A DNA stretch of 55,117 nucleotides, filler included, from Jimgerdemannia flammicorona (lineage: Eukaryota), in NCBI GenBank assembly GCA_003990765.1. It is 3 parts of 3 records of this genome, joined end to end, with 100 filler letters (N's around TTAATTAATTAA, not from the genome) between each part and the next. Parts side by side here need not be neighbours in the genome. Positions count along the whole stretch, not along the records: positions 1 to 18,308 come from RBNJ01002242.1; positions 18,409 to 36,713 come from RBNJ01002243.1; 1 more part is not named here. The stretch is one strand, 5' to 3'. This document shows, piece by piece, positions 13,275 through 26,560 of this stretch. Below the pieces are notes generated by a model. It was not told where the DNA came from. It saw only the letters and a list, made by a program, of their open reading frames with translations, and ran no database searches. A program made the translations under genes and the position numbers. Every line of letters starts with the position of its first letter. The stretch's first letter is position 1.

Positions 13275-15673
13275 TTACCAATTTTTCACAATCAGTTTTT
13301 TAGCCATGGATTCACCATAATCCAACGATGGGCTTGCATATCTATAGGAAGCATAAAGGCAACCGGAGATGAGGTATGTAAGTAGGTGTCATCTCACACA
13401 TGAGGCCACAGGAACGATAGACCGACCTCCTTTTTCTTGGGCTTTCAAAATCTGAAGGCACCGTGTAGGCGATGTTTGGCGTCAAGTTAAGGGCGTAAGG
13501 ACTGGCGGGTACGCGGCCGTATTGTGAAAAAGATTTTATGAGCTTGCGAAATGAAGTTTGGATCGCCTTGACCTTTGCATTCACCAAAGAGAATAGAAAA
13601 TCCGAATGAGTCATGAGACGAGATAAAATAACCACAGAATGATACAAGAAATAATGAAGCCAACCTTCTTCATGTCACGTGAAAAAACACGTACAACTGT
13701 CTCTTCGAATTGCTCAGGAACTAAGTAGGAGACTTGTTCCTTGGCAATATGGAATGATTCTGGAAATAAACGTTAAACACAATCGCTCTTCGTATTAACG
13801 AGATCGGCCCAGGTAATAGGTTTTTGACTGCCTAAGGGATAACTAAACAAGCGTGCCATAACCAACCATTTTCATTAAACTTAGAATAAAACCGAATCAT
13901 GTCCACTGGATTCCGATCTTTCATCGCGTAATTAATGCGCAACCATTCGATGATCACGTCGTGTTCTCCGAGCTGATCATTATCATCTTGATAGGCGATG
14001 ATCTCGCGCGGGTTAATGTTATCCTTGGTAAAGTGCAATTTCATTTCTTGCGGAATCAAAACTTCATCCACGAATTTGTACAATTGTCGTGTACGGATAC
14101 GCTTGATTATGGCCCGAGCAGGCGCCAACTCGTCGCCTCTGCTACACTCGATCACTCGCAATATATCGTCGGTCAAATTAACGTATTCATCCCCTCGCAA
14201 TACCGCATCGCTAATGTCGAGGTGAGGATCAGCAGCCAGTAGGGCATCCGTAATCATGTATTCTATGGCTTTCCCTATTTCGTGCGTGTGCATATGTGAA
14301 AGCGGGTGGAGAATAGCATGTTCAGAGGACAGAATACTAGATCCTTAACATGTGAGAGCGAAAAATCAAAAGCACCATGAATTTGGTTCATGTTGCTAAA
14401 CGAGGTCCGTCAGCAATCAAAATTCGGCACATGTGTAATATCACAATTTAGTGATAAAGTATACGTACCAACTTTATGCGTATAGATCCTTTTGAACAAC
14501 GAGTACCTTGTGTGGAACATATCGTATATGTTGTACACTTCCTTATGGTGAAAACAGATTTGATTGTCTACGACGCGCGACATTGACATCAACCTTGAAG
14601 TGTCGTAAGATGACTTTATGCCCAGATTGTAGCAATCCCGCTCAATGTAATCAAATTTATCAACATCCACACTATTACGTTTATTGGCGACGATATCGAA
14701 GAGGAAGCTGCGCTGTGAATGTCGGCTGTCTCGTCATAGATCAAAAAGTATTTGTAAACATTGTGACGATGTTGATTTGAGAGAACGAAATGGAAAACAG
14801 TGCATGCTGGTTAACTGCTGCATAAGATTAAATGCATATCCCCGTACCATTCCGAAGAAGGCTTTCCGTCGATCAGGCTCTTTATCAATTCCACTTCATC
14901 GCGTTCTAAGTCAATGTTGTTGTCATCCACTAAGTATTCAAGCATCATTTCTGATGCTTTCTCGTGTGTCCATGCTAATTCGGGTCTAACATCATTGATG
15001 CCAAGAGACAAGTCAACAGCCAAAATGGAGGCTCCATTCAACGGAGATAAACCAATGACAAGCAGTGCACGACGTACTTCGCTTGCGGCATGAACTCATT
15101 GTCAAAGATATGGCTATACGGGCCGTGACCTGTTGACATTGATCTCTATGTTATTCCCAGGTGGATCCATGCGTGGGAATGCTATAGCCACAGATAATGT
15201 TTTTGAACAAACGTACCGAGGTCATGGCAAAGACCCGCCAGCTTTACGCACTTGACCTCGCTCTCCGTGATTTCGAGGTCTGGTTGTTCGCGCTGAAAGC
15301 GTTCAATAAGCGTACCAGCTAGGTAGGAGACACCTGTTTGTGAAGGTGGAAATGACCAAATAGAATCATGTAGTTATCTGTCAATTTAAACTGTGTTACT
15401 CTATCCTGTCCTTGAGAACTAACCTATAGAATGTTCAAATCTATTGTGGCTTGCGCCGGGAAACACAAAGTACGCGCTTCCGTTTTGCTTTAGATCACGC
15501 AGACGCTGGAATTGAGCGGTGTCAATTACTTCTATGCAGAAGTCGTCCAGACGTATATGCCCCTACAAGGAATGCGATAACGAATGCTAAATGCAAGTTG
15601 GTGAGACTGCGGGTCATCATTGAGTTCAGGAATTTACATGGATTGGATCGTTGATGAGTTTGTATCCAGACAT
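13275..15673 (-). CDS. SAMHD1-like HD-domain dNTP triphosphohydrolase (no SAM domain), multi-exon
   Basis: [87 protein letters not shown]. The last exon (…[21 protein letters not shown]) is inferred from splice sites. Confidence 0.9.
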
Positions 15674-15916
15674 TGGAACCCTGAATGCAATGTAGTGGAG
15701 TAGTCAAATATACGACACGATTTCGTGACGTCGAGTTATTGTAACCTCAAAAGCAGCCGCAGAATCACAGGGCCGCTGACATCAACGAAATTGACCCTTT
15801 AACTTTTCATTTTGTTTCTTTAAGCTGCCGCGTTGTTTAATAGCAAGCGAAGCAAAAAAAAAAAAAAAAAGGGGGCGTGCTTTAGATGTACATGGGGTGC
15901 GCAGAGGCAGAAAATT

Positions 15917-15951
15917 CTACAAGTGGCTAGGATAGAGCATCTGGGGATTCC

Positions 15952-15982
<31 letters not shown>

Positions 15983-16874
15983 CGCTTCCATTCAAGGACG
16001 GAGATTCTCAATGGGACATAGCATATCAGCATCATATCATCCACAACCACACAATTTCAAAGCAAAAATTTGGTTCTTTCTGCCAACCCGCCAACATGTA
16101 CCCCAACGCAGCTGCTAACACCTGAGACAAGACCGCCCCACAGTACTTCTGTTTCAATCTCTTGAAATAACCGAATGCCAATTCTTGTAATCTCCGCCCA
16201 AACCAAACAAGACGCAAAAGGAACAATCAACAAAATTAATTGAAACGATAAAAATAGGAGGGATACATACAATGCGAACACTAGCACCAAAACTCTTGGC
16301 AGGCAAGTTGGAACGGAACTTCGCCTTCACGACGCCCGACGTGCCATGCGTGCGGGACACACGACCCCAGATCACGCGAATTTTGGAACCGTTTACTTCG
16401 CGCTTGGCACGGTATACATAGGCGATGCGCTTGCCAAGGTAGAACTGAGCGTCCTGAGGGGTCTTCACACCTTCAACCTGGATAAGCGAGACGTTGGGAT
16501 TCTGGTTGCGCTTAGCGCGCTCGAAACCGAGGACACGGCCTTTGGAGTAGAGGCTTTAAAAGGGAGTCCGTAGAACAGAGAGGGCAAGGAAAATGGTGAA
16601 TTCTGTTAGAACATTGAATAATGGTCGCGTTCCTGGAGGTTGTAATAGAGAGTGAATGCCGGTATTTTTTTCCCACCACGCAACCACCAAAGCCCATGAG
16701 TGCCAATAATTCTACCAGTAAACTTTCGCAACCAATATTGGTTCCGTATAGTGTGTCACATCAAATCTGATAACCAGCAGTAGTATAGGAGTCTGCCGTT
16801 TCCGTAAAATGTCTCCATGGAATCAAAACAACATGAACAGGTATGGATGCGTACCGAATTGGCTGGCTACCCAT
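15917..16874 (-). CDS. RPL33: 60S ribosomal protein eL33 (L35a), 3 exons
   Basis: [36 protein letters not shown]…[13 protein letters not shown]…[18 protein letters not shown]…GASVRI|MLYPSHL*, with canonical splice sites. Confidence 0.96.
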
Positions 16875-17089
16875 ATGAAAAGCCTTCGGTCGTTTTGTAA
16901 AAGAGAAAGAGTCTTGCAATGGATGCATTTCCATTATCTTAAACCACTGTATCCATTCCGTCGGTGATGGCGTCACATAATTCAGCATGGAATTAACTCG
17001 CGGTCCCGAGTCAAAAATTTATGTGGGTCAGACACACAAAATCTGCCAACGAGGTTTTCTCATGGAGAAATTTCCTGGATATAAATCGA

Positions 17090-18058
17090 AAAATCACAGT
17101 TAATGTTAAAATTGCAAAAATTTGTAAACTTTAAAACCCACTTTTGCATTCTATACTTTTAATCTCAATTATATTTTATAATAATTTAAAATAAATTCAT
17201 TTTTAATAACTATCTACTAATTTATATTAAAAACAAGTTAAAGATTCTATTTCTCATTTGATTTAATCTTTTTAGACTTTGGAATAGTTAGTGTCAGACA
17301 TACTTTATTTTAAATATAAGGTCAAATTTTTTTATAAAAATACTATACTCTTTCTAATAAATATTCTTTAGTTTTAAATTCTTTGAGTTTTGATTCTTGA
17401 GAGAAAATGTCAGAAATACTAATTAAAGAGTCTGATATTATTATTATTATTATTTACTTTATTATCTATATTCCATATATAAAAATATTCTCTTATTATA
17501 AGATAGCTTGTTACTAAGAAAGAGTCTAGTTTTAGTAAATCTTAGACTTCTTCTCTATCTTATCTTATCTTATCTTACTAGAGACTTTATTTTTTAACTT
17601 ATTCTTATAACTATTAATCTTATACTATCTCTCTTATTATCGATTTTTTATTTTTTATTTTTTTTTTATAATTACTCAGACTTACTTTATTAACTAGTCT
17701 ATAATAAATACATAGTCCTCATACTATATCAGTAGTCTTACTTAACTCACTTTACTCTACTTTATCTTAATATACTCTCTCTTTTTAACTTTCACTCTCT
17801 TAAATATATTAAGTACTAATAATAATCTCTCTGAGAGCTCTATCTTCTCTACTAACTGGACAGAATTTCTACTATTAGTTTCTCTCATCTTACTATTTTT
17901 TTCTCTAAAGTCAACTACTTTCTATTCTTAAATATATAGTCAATATCTAGTTAACCTTATCTATATTACTAATATCTATTTAATAATAAGTTACTTATTA
18001 CTAATATATACTATCAATCTCTTCTTTAAATCTTTTTATTTACTCCTATCCTATCAAT
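17090..18058. repeat. AT-rich hypermutated repeat block
   Basis: Abrupt loss of CpG and GC upstream of RPL33; TpA-rich; no ORF. Confidence 0.55.
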
Positions 18059-18308
18059 TAGTGCTCCGAACGAGTCAATCCGGATGGGATTCGGATGGAT
18101 TCGAATCAGATTCGAATCGGATTCGAATCAACCATTGTTTTGATTTCCAAATTAGACAATTAAATGTTTACATCAATAACTTGATGAATAATAATCCAAA
18201 TTTGATGATCTTGGTGTCATTTGAAAGCCCTTAATAAGGCCTTTCTAATGATACCAAGAATATTAAAATCGGATTACATGTTGCCGAGATATTAAGGAAA
18301 ACGTTCCA
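18059..18308 (+). mobile_element. Putative DNA-transposon end (hAT/MITE-like) with subterminal GATTCGAATC repeats and a hairpin
   Basis: Starts TAGTGCTCCG; three tandem palindromic GATTCGAATC; inverted repeat TCTTGGTGTCATTTGAAAG…CTTTCTAATGATACCAAGA; CpG intact; cut by the gap. Confidence 0.5.
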
Positions 18309-18407
18309 NNNNNNNNNNNNNNNNNNNNNNNNNNNNNNNNNNNNNNNNNNNNTTAATTAATTAANNNNNNNNNNNNNNNNNNNNNNNNNNNNNNNNNNNN
18401 NNNNNNN
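18309..18407. other. Assembly gap with artificial TTAATTAATTAA six-frame-stop linker
   Basis: N-run, TTAATTAATTAA, N-run; same design at 36714-36813. Confidence 0.95.
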
Positions 18408-18528
18408 NTTTTTTTTGACAAAAGCACAACTTAGATTCTCTCCACCAATCAATCCATTCGAACCCTTACGCAAACACCTGACCTTGTCTTTCAATCCCAC
18501 TGATACACTCAAGACCCATCCTCCCTGC

Positions 18529-21500
18529 TCAGGCCTCCTTACCAGGCATCACTTGCTCTTCCTGCTGATGTGCCAGGTGCTGCTGCATCAGCAACAATTC
18601 GTCAAAATCGTCGTCGGTCACCGCGTTCCTCATGTACTCGTCATCGTCCATCAAATACCAGGCCCTGAGTTGGCCGTGAGGGGACGACGACAGGGGGTCT
18701 GCAACTTTGCCGGAGGATCGCAAACGAATCCGTTTAGGGGGGGGGGATGCCGAGGAATCACCGACGGGCTCATCGGGGTCATATTGGTTTCTTTTCGTCG
18801 TCGTCCCACCGTCAGCGAAGTTGCTGATGGGTGGTTTGATGGTCGAGTCGCTTTTCTTAATGATCGAATTGACAATGGCGAGTTTAAGAAGGGAGTTGTG
18901 CTTTTTGGTGAACAAAAAATGAGTAGCACTCTTAATGACTGTGGATATGCAATAACAAAATGCGCCACGACACGTAGGTAAAACAAGATGATGACAAACC
19001 TGTGGATACCAAATGGTTTCAGAACCTCCATCCCAATATCCCGCAAACTCTTCGAGATCCATGGCTTTTCCCTTCCCCTTTCCATCGCCCACATCCCCAG
19101 AATCATACTGCTTCTTATCGATATTTTTCACTTCCCGAATGTCGTATTCCCTATCTTCGGGCTTGACTGGACCGTCGCCACTCTGCCACTGCTTGCCATC
19201 TTGCGACTTACACACATTAAATGGCTCGCTTTCGACCACCTCACGATCACCAAAATTTCCTTGGCGAACACATGTGCGTTCCAGAACGGCATGATTGAGA
19301 ACATTCGCGTCCATATCGATGTAACCGTCATCAATGGGTATGGAATTATTAGCGAGGTCTTGCGTTATATCTTGTGCGCGATGCGGTATTTTGCATTAGA
19401 GAGTGTGATAAGAGAACAATTTATAGAATGTAAAAGTCAGTACAATGTCGTATTACACCGTTTCTCACAATGCCGACAAATGTTTGGCGTTGGTAGAATC
19501 ATATCTCACCTTGCGGATTCTTCTGCTGCCCAGTAGCCGAACGAAGTTGACGTAGCTCGTCCTCGAGCTTGCGAATGTATCTTCGAACGAAATAGACCCG
19601 CCACATTAATTTTACTTCGAATATGCGATTAAAATATCTTTGGTAGAGCTAGAGCGAAAAAGAAGTTCGTCGCAAATAGGCGTTACCTACCGATGCTGTA
19701 ATTTACCCATTTGAAGGTAGTTCGCGGGTCTTACAGAGTATGAAAATGATAGTGAGTCATTTTGCGTGTCAAGAAAACTCTCGCTGGTCTGGAGCAAGAT
19801 TATGCATAGAACGGCCAATAAATTAGCAAGGCCAAAGATAGAAAATTTCGTCAACACATATGCAGATACGGATCCGTCTCCTCAAAATTGCACGATACAC
19901 CGAAATGACTCATCGACCTACCAGCAAGTCCAACGAACAAAATTCGTTGTATCCCCACAACATATACTGGCCCCCAAACTTGCTTATGTACTCCTTCACC
20001 ACAGAGGCGTGGCCCTTGCGGACGACGCTCGATCCGTTATTGATCATGGTGACGCGGGGGTATCCCGTGGGGTGTAGCTGGCATGCATTGTGTTCAAGGA
20101 GATTATAAGCATGCATTGTGTGACAACGATCACCCAATTTTTGCTGGGTGCACCTCATTTGTTCTATACGAATGGTTAACCTAGACGGAACCCACGAAAA
20201 AGAAACTTTCGACACTCACCATTTCAATCTCGTAATGATATTCCTCCTCTTCGTTCGCATCTGAGCCTTCGACTAGCTCAATAAAAACCGAGAGGTATCC
20301 TTCGTCAACGTGAGTCCTCCCTACATATTCATGTTACCGGCGTGTTTGGGTGTGAAATTTGTTAGAATTCAATTTTCCAAAGGGCCATAAGTCCAATGCA
20401 TTCAGCTGGGAACATTTCCGCCGCTATATGTATACCCCTAGCGTCAGTCCCGATGGTCAAATCCACCAAATTCTAAAAGGTCATTATCTTCTTACCTGTA
20501 CAGTATATTTTGAGTCTCCATTTCAACCCGTACATTGACATTTCGGGGCTATAAAATATCCGTTCAGTGTCTCTCAACGAACTGAGTGTGCATTGTATAG
20601 AAAACAAAACGGGAATGGTTGATGAGTTGTTGTATCGCGTTATGGCAAAAATTATTCACTGCAGTCCTACAAAACATTAGACATCCGGTTGGTGCCGTAA
20701 CCACGTACTGTTTACTTACCTAAAATCGCGAACTAACACCCACCGCTCCTGGGGTGCCGGTACGAGATGCGTCATGTCCAGCTTGTGGTCACCCAGTTCG
20801 GCATCGAAATTATCTGGGTTCAGCTTCTGGGCCTATATTGCATGGTACGTAGAACGATACGGTGAGCCTAACTTAAAATCCTGCAGAATATCCGATTGGA
20901 TAGGAAATGAGACCCGTCATCGCAATTCTCTTTCCTATGTGACACGTACATCCTCTAGAGAGACGATGAAATCGTTGTAGTTTTTAAGTAGAACGGCGGG
21001 CGGGTCCTGGTCGGATGAAGTCTCCACACTTGCGATCACAGAGCGAAGGAGCGTAACAGCATCATGTAGCGGTCGGATCTGGGCTGAAATGACGATGGCG
21101 GCAAAATAATTAATACCAGAATCAGAGTAATATACTACGGATCACTCATGTAAATATGTAGTAAAGGCTTTAGCAAAAAAATAGCTTCATCCTTACCGTT
21201 TAGGGCACTATCTTTGGTCCCCCATTGTCTGTCTAAATCTTGCAACATAAGGTCACGGGCTTTCCGGATATCATCATGTGCCTGAGGAGATCGATAGCAT
21301 CCAAATATGTTAATACCGCAGTTACGAATTATTCGAAAAAATACTAATGTGTTGTCTGAGAAATGCTATGTTTGGTTACATACCTTTTTTCTCGCTTTGG
21401 CCAGCTGCGACTTGTTGCTCTCCAGCTGCGCGAGGGCGTCTTTGAAGCTCTGGAGGACCTTGCGAGCGTTGAGGATATGGTTGGATTTCAGATGGCTCAC

Positions 21501-22075
21501 GCGTGAGGTGTAGGCGGACTGCACAGACTCGATCGATGTAGCGTGCTCCTACATATTCAGAGATGAAACTGCTTAAAATGTGATGGTCACGGGACAGTCA
21601 AAGTCAAACGAGGAAATCGAACGAGCAACTCACCCTGTGGGCCCCGAGGATGCCGCAGTCGCCACAGACAGGGGTGTGGCATCGGCTACAATAGTAAGTG
21701 AGGGTCTTGTGGGGGTGGGTCGGGCAGGCTTCCTTGGCTTGCTTTGCCTTATTTGCGGCGATTTGCTAGCAGGGGTCAAAAATTGCACGCAAACTCAATA
21801 TAAATTTTCGAGAGGCGGAAATTTGGACCCCACCACTCACACCATGTTCTTCATACCTGCTGAAACTCCTCGACAAATCGAGCCCGTATTAACTTGTCGA
21901 TCGTCAGGGCCGTGCGGCAATGAGGACACTTCTTGTCCTTGAGTATCCAGCGACGCATGCACGCATCACAAGCCAGCTTTGAGCAAGACGGACAAAGAAC
22001 GGGAACTCTCAGTGGATCATAGCACACAAAGCATTGTAACAGGTCATCCTGGTTGAACGAGGCACTGGTGGTCAT
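18529..22075 (-). CDS. TRIM37-like E3 ubiquitin ligase (RING, B-box, coiled coil, MATH, acidic tail), many exons
   Basis: RING CFVCYDPLRVPVLCPSCSKLACDACMRRWILKDKKCPHCR; B-box CPTHPHKTLTYYCSRCHTPVCGDCGILGAH; coiled-coil exons; MATH segments YSPEMSMYGLKWRLKIY, GYLSVFIELVEG, WGYNEF; then YIRKLEDELRQL. The 3' exon structure is approximate. Confidence 0.85.
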
Positions 22076-22737
22076 TGTGGACCTTCTCGGGTGGTTTCCT
22101 TGGAAAGAACGGACTGGGAGGAAGAGCAGTCCTATAAATGATTTGAACCATGATGTCATCTCTCGACACTGTGTGGCTGGTATATAATTATGCGTGTATA
22201 TATATATTATAGGCCAGGCGTACACCGCAACACTACTCCACAGAAACGAAGAAGCCACCTTGTTCTCCAACCTCTTATCCTCTACTCCTTTCTACCTATT
22301 ATACTCCAGCCCTTGCCAATTTCGTCTTATGGAACATGTCATACTTCAAAGCAAACTAACTATAGGAAACATGCCTGGCCCCCTTGGATCGGATATCGAA
22401 AGAATTTTAGATAATGAATATATAAGCACTATCATCATACTTTTAATTAATTGACCCTGTTCGCATGGTCTACATATGGTCTACATTATTTTTCTAAATA
22501 TGCTGCCATTGCGACCCAATAAAAACGAAGCGCAAACCGTCATTATCCGGCTCCCGGCTCTGATCCACTCATACAACCATTCTGATTACCTTCCGCTCCC
22601 GTGCTTTTTCGTAATTAGCGGGATTCAACCTGCCCATCACCTTTCACTGCCGCCCATTAAAAGCCTACCCTGCGCACTTCGATGCCGTCAGGCAAAACGA
22701 AATTAACACGGCGACCAGATCATAATGCACGGTGATT

Positions 22738-23173
22738 TCAACCCTTCCGCGACTTCTCCTTCTTCTTCTCGTCCTTCGCGTCCTTCCTCTCCTTCGCCCG
22801 TTGTGCCTGGCGATTGCTCGGTGTCGTATCTTCTTCCTCGGCCAGCATCGAGAAATCGGGCATGAGCGACGGGAAGAGGTAAGTAGTGAGAAGAAGGGTC
22901 GTCAGAAGGCCCAGGTTGAGGGCGATGATAAAGGGTGTGTACTGGTTCGAGATGCCGAGAAACTGAGAAAAACCGAGCCGGGGAGTTGTAAACATGGAAA
23001 TAAAGAGCATGCATGCCCGTTACTACAAGAGGATCGAATGTGTAGCAGAAACTCTATATCGAAATCACTCTAACCAAGTTTTTGTATTGTTTCGGTCTCG
23101 GTCTTACCTGTCCAACAAGAAGGCCAATGGTGACGAAGCCGACGTAGCGGACGTAGGAAGGAATGACGGTCAT
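22738..23173 (-). CDS. Small (~96 aa) two-TM membrane protein with charged Lys-rich C-tail, unknown family
   Basis: MTVIPSYVRYVGFVTIGLLVGQ, intron 23107-22963 (GTAAGA…TTTCTCAG), then FLGISNQYTPFIIALNLGLLTTLLLTTYLFP…EKKKEKSRKG*. In-frame phase-0 join and gene-like codon usage. Confidence 0.6.
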
Positions 23174-23190
23174 TGTGGTGTGCAGGTGAA

Positions 23191-23416
23191 GGCGATAGGA
23201 AGTAATGGGAGAGCGGCGATGGGGAGTAATGGAGGAGCGACGATGGGGAGTAATGGAGGAGCGGCAATGGGGAGTAATGGAGGAGCGGCAATGGGGAGTA
23301 ATGGAGGAGCGGCAATGGGGAGTAATGGAGGAGCGGCAATGGGGAGTAATGGAGGAGCGGCGATGGGGAGTAATGGAAGAGCGGCGATGGGGAGTAATGG
23401 AGGAGCAGCGGCGATG
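23191..23416. repeat. 24-bp minisatellite, ~9 copies (GGGGAGTAATGGAGGAGCGGCRAT)
   Basis: Directly visible head-to-tail units with no unique spacers. Confidence 0.97.
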
Positions 23417-23579
23417 CCCTTTGTAATGTCACGTGACTTCGGAAGTGTGTGTGTGTAAAAAAATATCGTAGCCGCCGGTCAACCAGATACTCAAGTGAAG
23501 CGGTCCGTACTGTGAGGAGTTTGTTTACAAGATTGTACCTTTAGTGCTTGGTATCACAGCAATAGCAAGGAAGGGGCTG

Positions 23580-25050
23580 ACAGTCAGCAGTTAGAATAAC
23601 TGATACTTCAGACAGAGTAATGTTTGTTGCTGCATTTATATCTCTTGTATTGTGTATACTTGATCATCCTTACTGTGCACTGGAGATAGATATATTTGAT
23701 TATACTTTGCAGGCAAATAACCTGCTCCTTTCCACTAACAATCCTGTAAACTTGATGGAGAATAATTTTGAAAAAACAATATAGGTAAGTTTTTGAAGAA
23801 TTATACATATTTTAATTATAATTTTTCTATTATATCTGAATCTTTTTTTATTTCTCTTCTAGAATATTTTTTGATATAGTATTTGATTTTTTACTAATAT
23901 CTAATATAGTAGATCAGTATAGATTTTAATATATTAGGAAGAAGTCGAGTATAGATATAAATATATCTTAATTTCTATATAGTAATTTTATTATAAGCTC
24001 TTTTAGTCTAAATCTCTTGCTTCTGATTTTTTTTTTTTTACTTATTTCTTCTATTGAATCTTCTTATCTATACTATAATTTTATTACTACTGTTACTTTT
24101 TTTTTTATATTTCTCTGAAAAAATAATCTTATTAATAAAACTTATAGTAATTTTATAGAGTTTAGAAAGAGAATTAATATTAAATATATAGTATATTTTG
24201 ATTAGAGCTTTTTTTTTTTTTTTTTAATAAATTGAAATTAATAATAATAAAAATCATAATAGTATATAAATTTGTTTTAGAAAAAATAATCTTTTTATAT
24301 AAAAAGATATATTTTATAATTATTAAAAATAAATTTATTTATTTTAAAGATAGAAAAAAGAAAAAAAAAAAAATAATATCTGAAAGATTTTGATAGATCT
24401 AAAATAGCTTAAAGAGATACTTAAAGATTTAAGTATTTTCAAAGAATTTTTAAGAGAAAATATTTTGAGTTTTATTTAAATAAATAGAGAGAATATTTAT
24501 ATAATCTTTAAAAATAAAGAACTAAGTCAAAAAAGTGATTTTGATAAAAAATAATTAATATCAAAAAAGATAAGAATATTTTAGTTAGTACTTTTAAATA
24601 AATTAAATTTAGATCAAATTGAGATCTAATTTATATAATTTAACTTAAAGTCAAACTTTGAAATATAATAACTTAATTAAAATATATATCTAGATTTGAT
24701 GATTTTTATTATATTAGATTCTTCTAAATGAGATAAATCTAGTAAGTCAAATTTATCAAATTTAGATATATTTTTTATCAAATTATTGAATTTTGAAAAT
24801 TAAGATTCAAATTAAAACTTAAATTAAATTAGATCTTAATTTGATTTATTTCAAATCTAGTTCTAATAAAGTCTTAGTATTAAAAAGATATTTCTAAGTA
24901 TTTAAAAGATACTGAAATATTATAAAATATATAAGAAAAGATAAGAAAAATAATACAAAAATAAACTATAATTAAAGAAATTATTATATCTCTCTCTTTT
25001 TAAAAATTAATATTTTTATTAAATTCTTAAATTATATAAAAATAACTATA
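23580..25050. repeat. Extremely AT-rich decayed transposon block with a ~260-bp imperfect inverted repeat (~24600-24860)
   Basis: GATCAAATTGAGATCTAATTT pairs with AAATTAGATCTTAATTTGATT; ATATATCTAGATTTGATGATTTT pairs with AAATTTATCAAATTTAGATATAT. Confidence 0.6.
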
Positions 25051-25254
25051 CTTAACTAAGGTTTCTCAAACTTATATTATGTTACTATGAAGAGTTTATT
25101 ACTTTATTAAAATATAAGCTAAAAGTTTAATAACTAAAAGTTTAAATCTTATAGAGAGTGATTCTTATTATCTAGTTATATTATATCTATTAGTAATATA
25201 TTTATATATTTATATATCAAGTTACTGAGCTGAGACCATAGATAAATATTATTT

Positions 25255-26560
<1,306 letters not shown>

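Noticed and set aside
18353..18364. TTAATTAATTAA inside N-runs (also 36758-36769) as a biological motif
   Set aside because: Identical, centred in ~100-nt gaps and encoding stops in all six frames: an artificial scaffold linker.
11558..22075. SAMHD1-like and TRIM37-like genes as a clustered antiviral defence island
   Set aside because: They are separated by RPL33, a repeat block and an artificial gap; neighbours are housekeeping genes, so there is no evidence of functional clustering.
23191..23416. CRISPR array or GSNGGAAM repeat protein
   Set aside because: Units are head-to-tail without unique spacers, there are no cas genes and the context is eukaryotic. ORFs on both strands are a by-product of a stop-poor 24-bp unit.
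23600..23810. Decayed Cys-rich transposase C-terminus
   Set aside because: Suggestive only after assuming many reversions; too degraded to assign.
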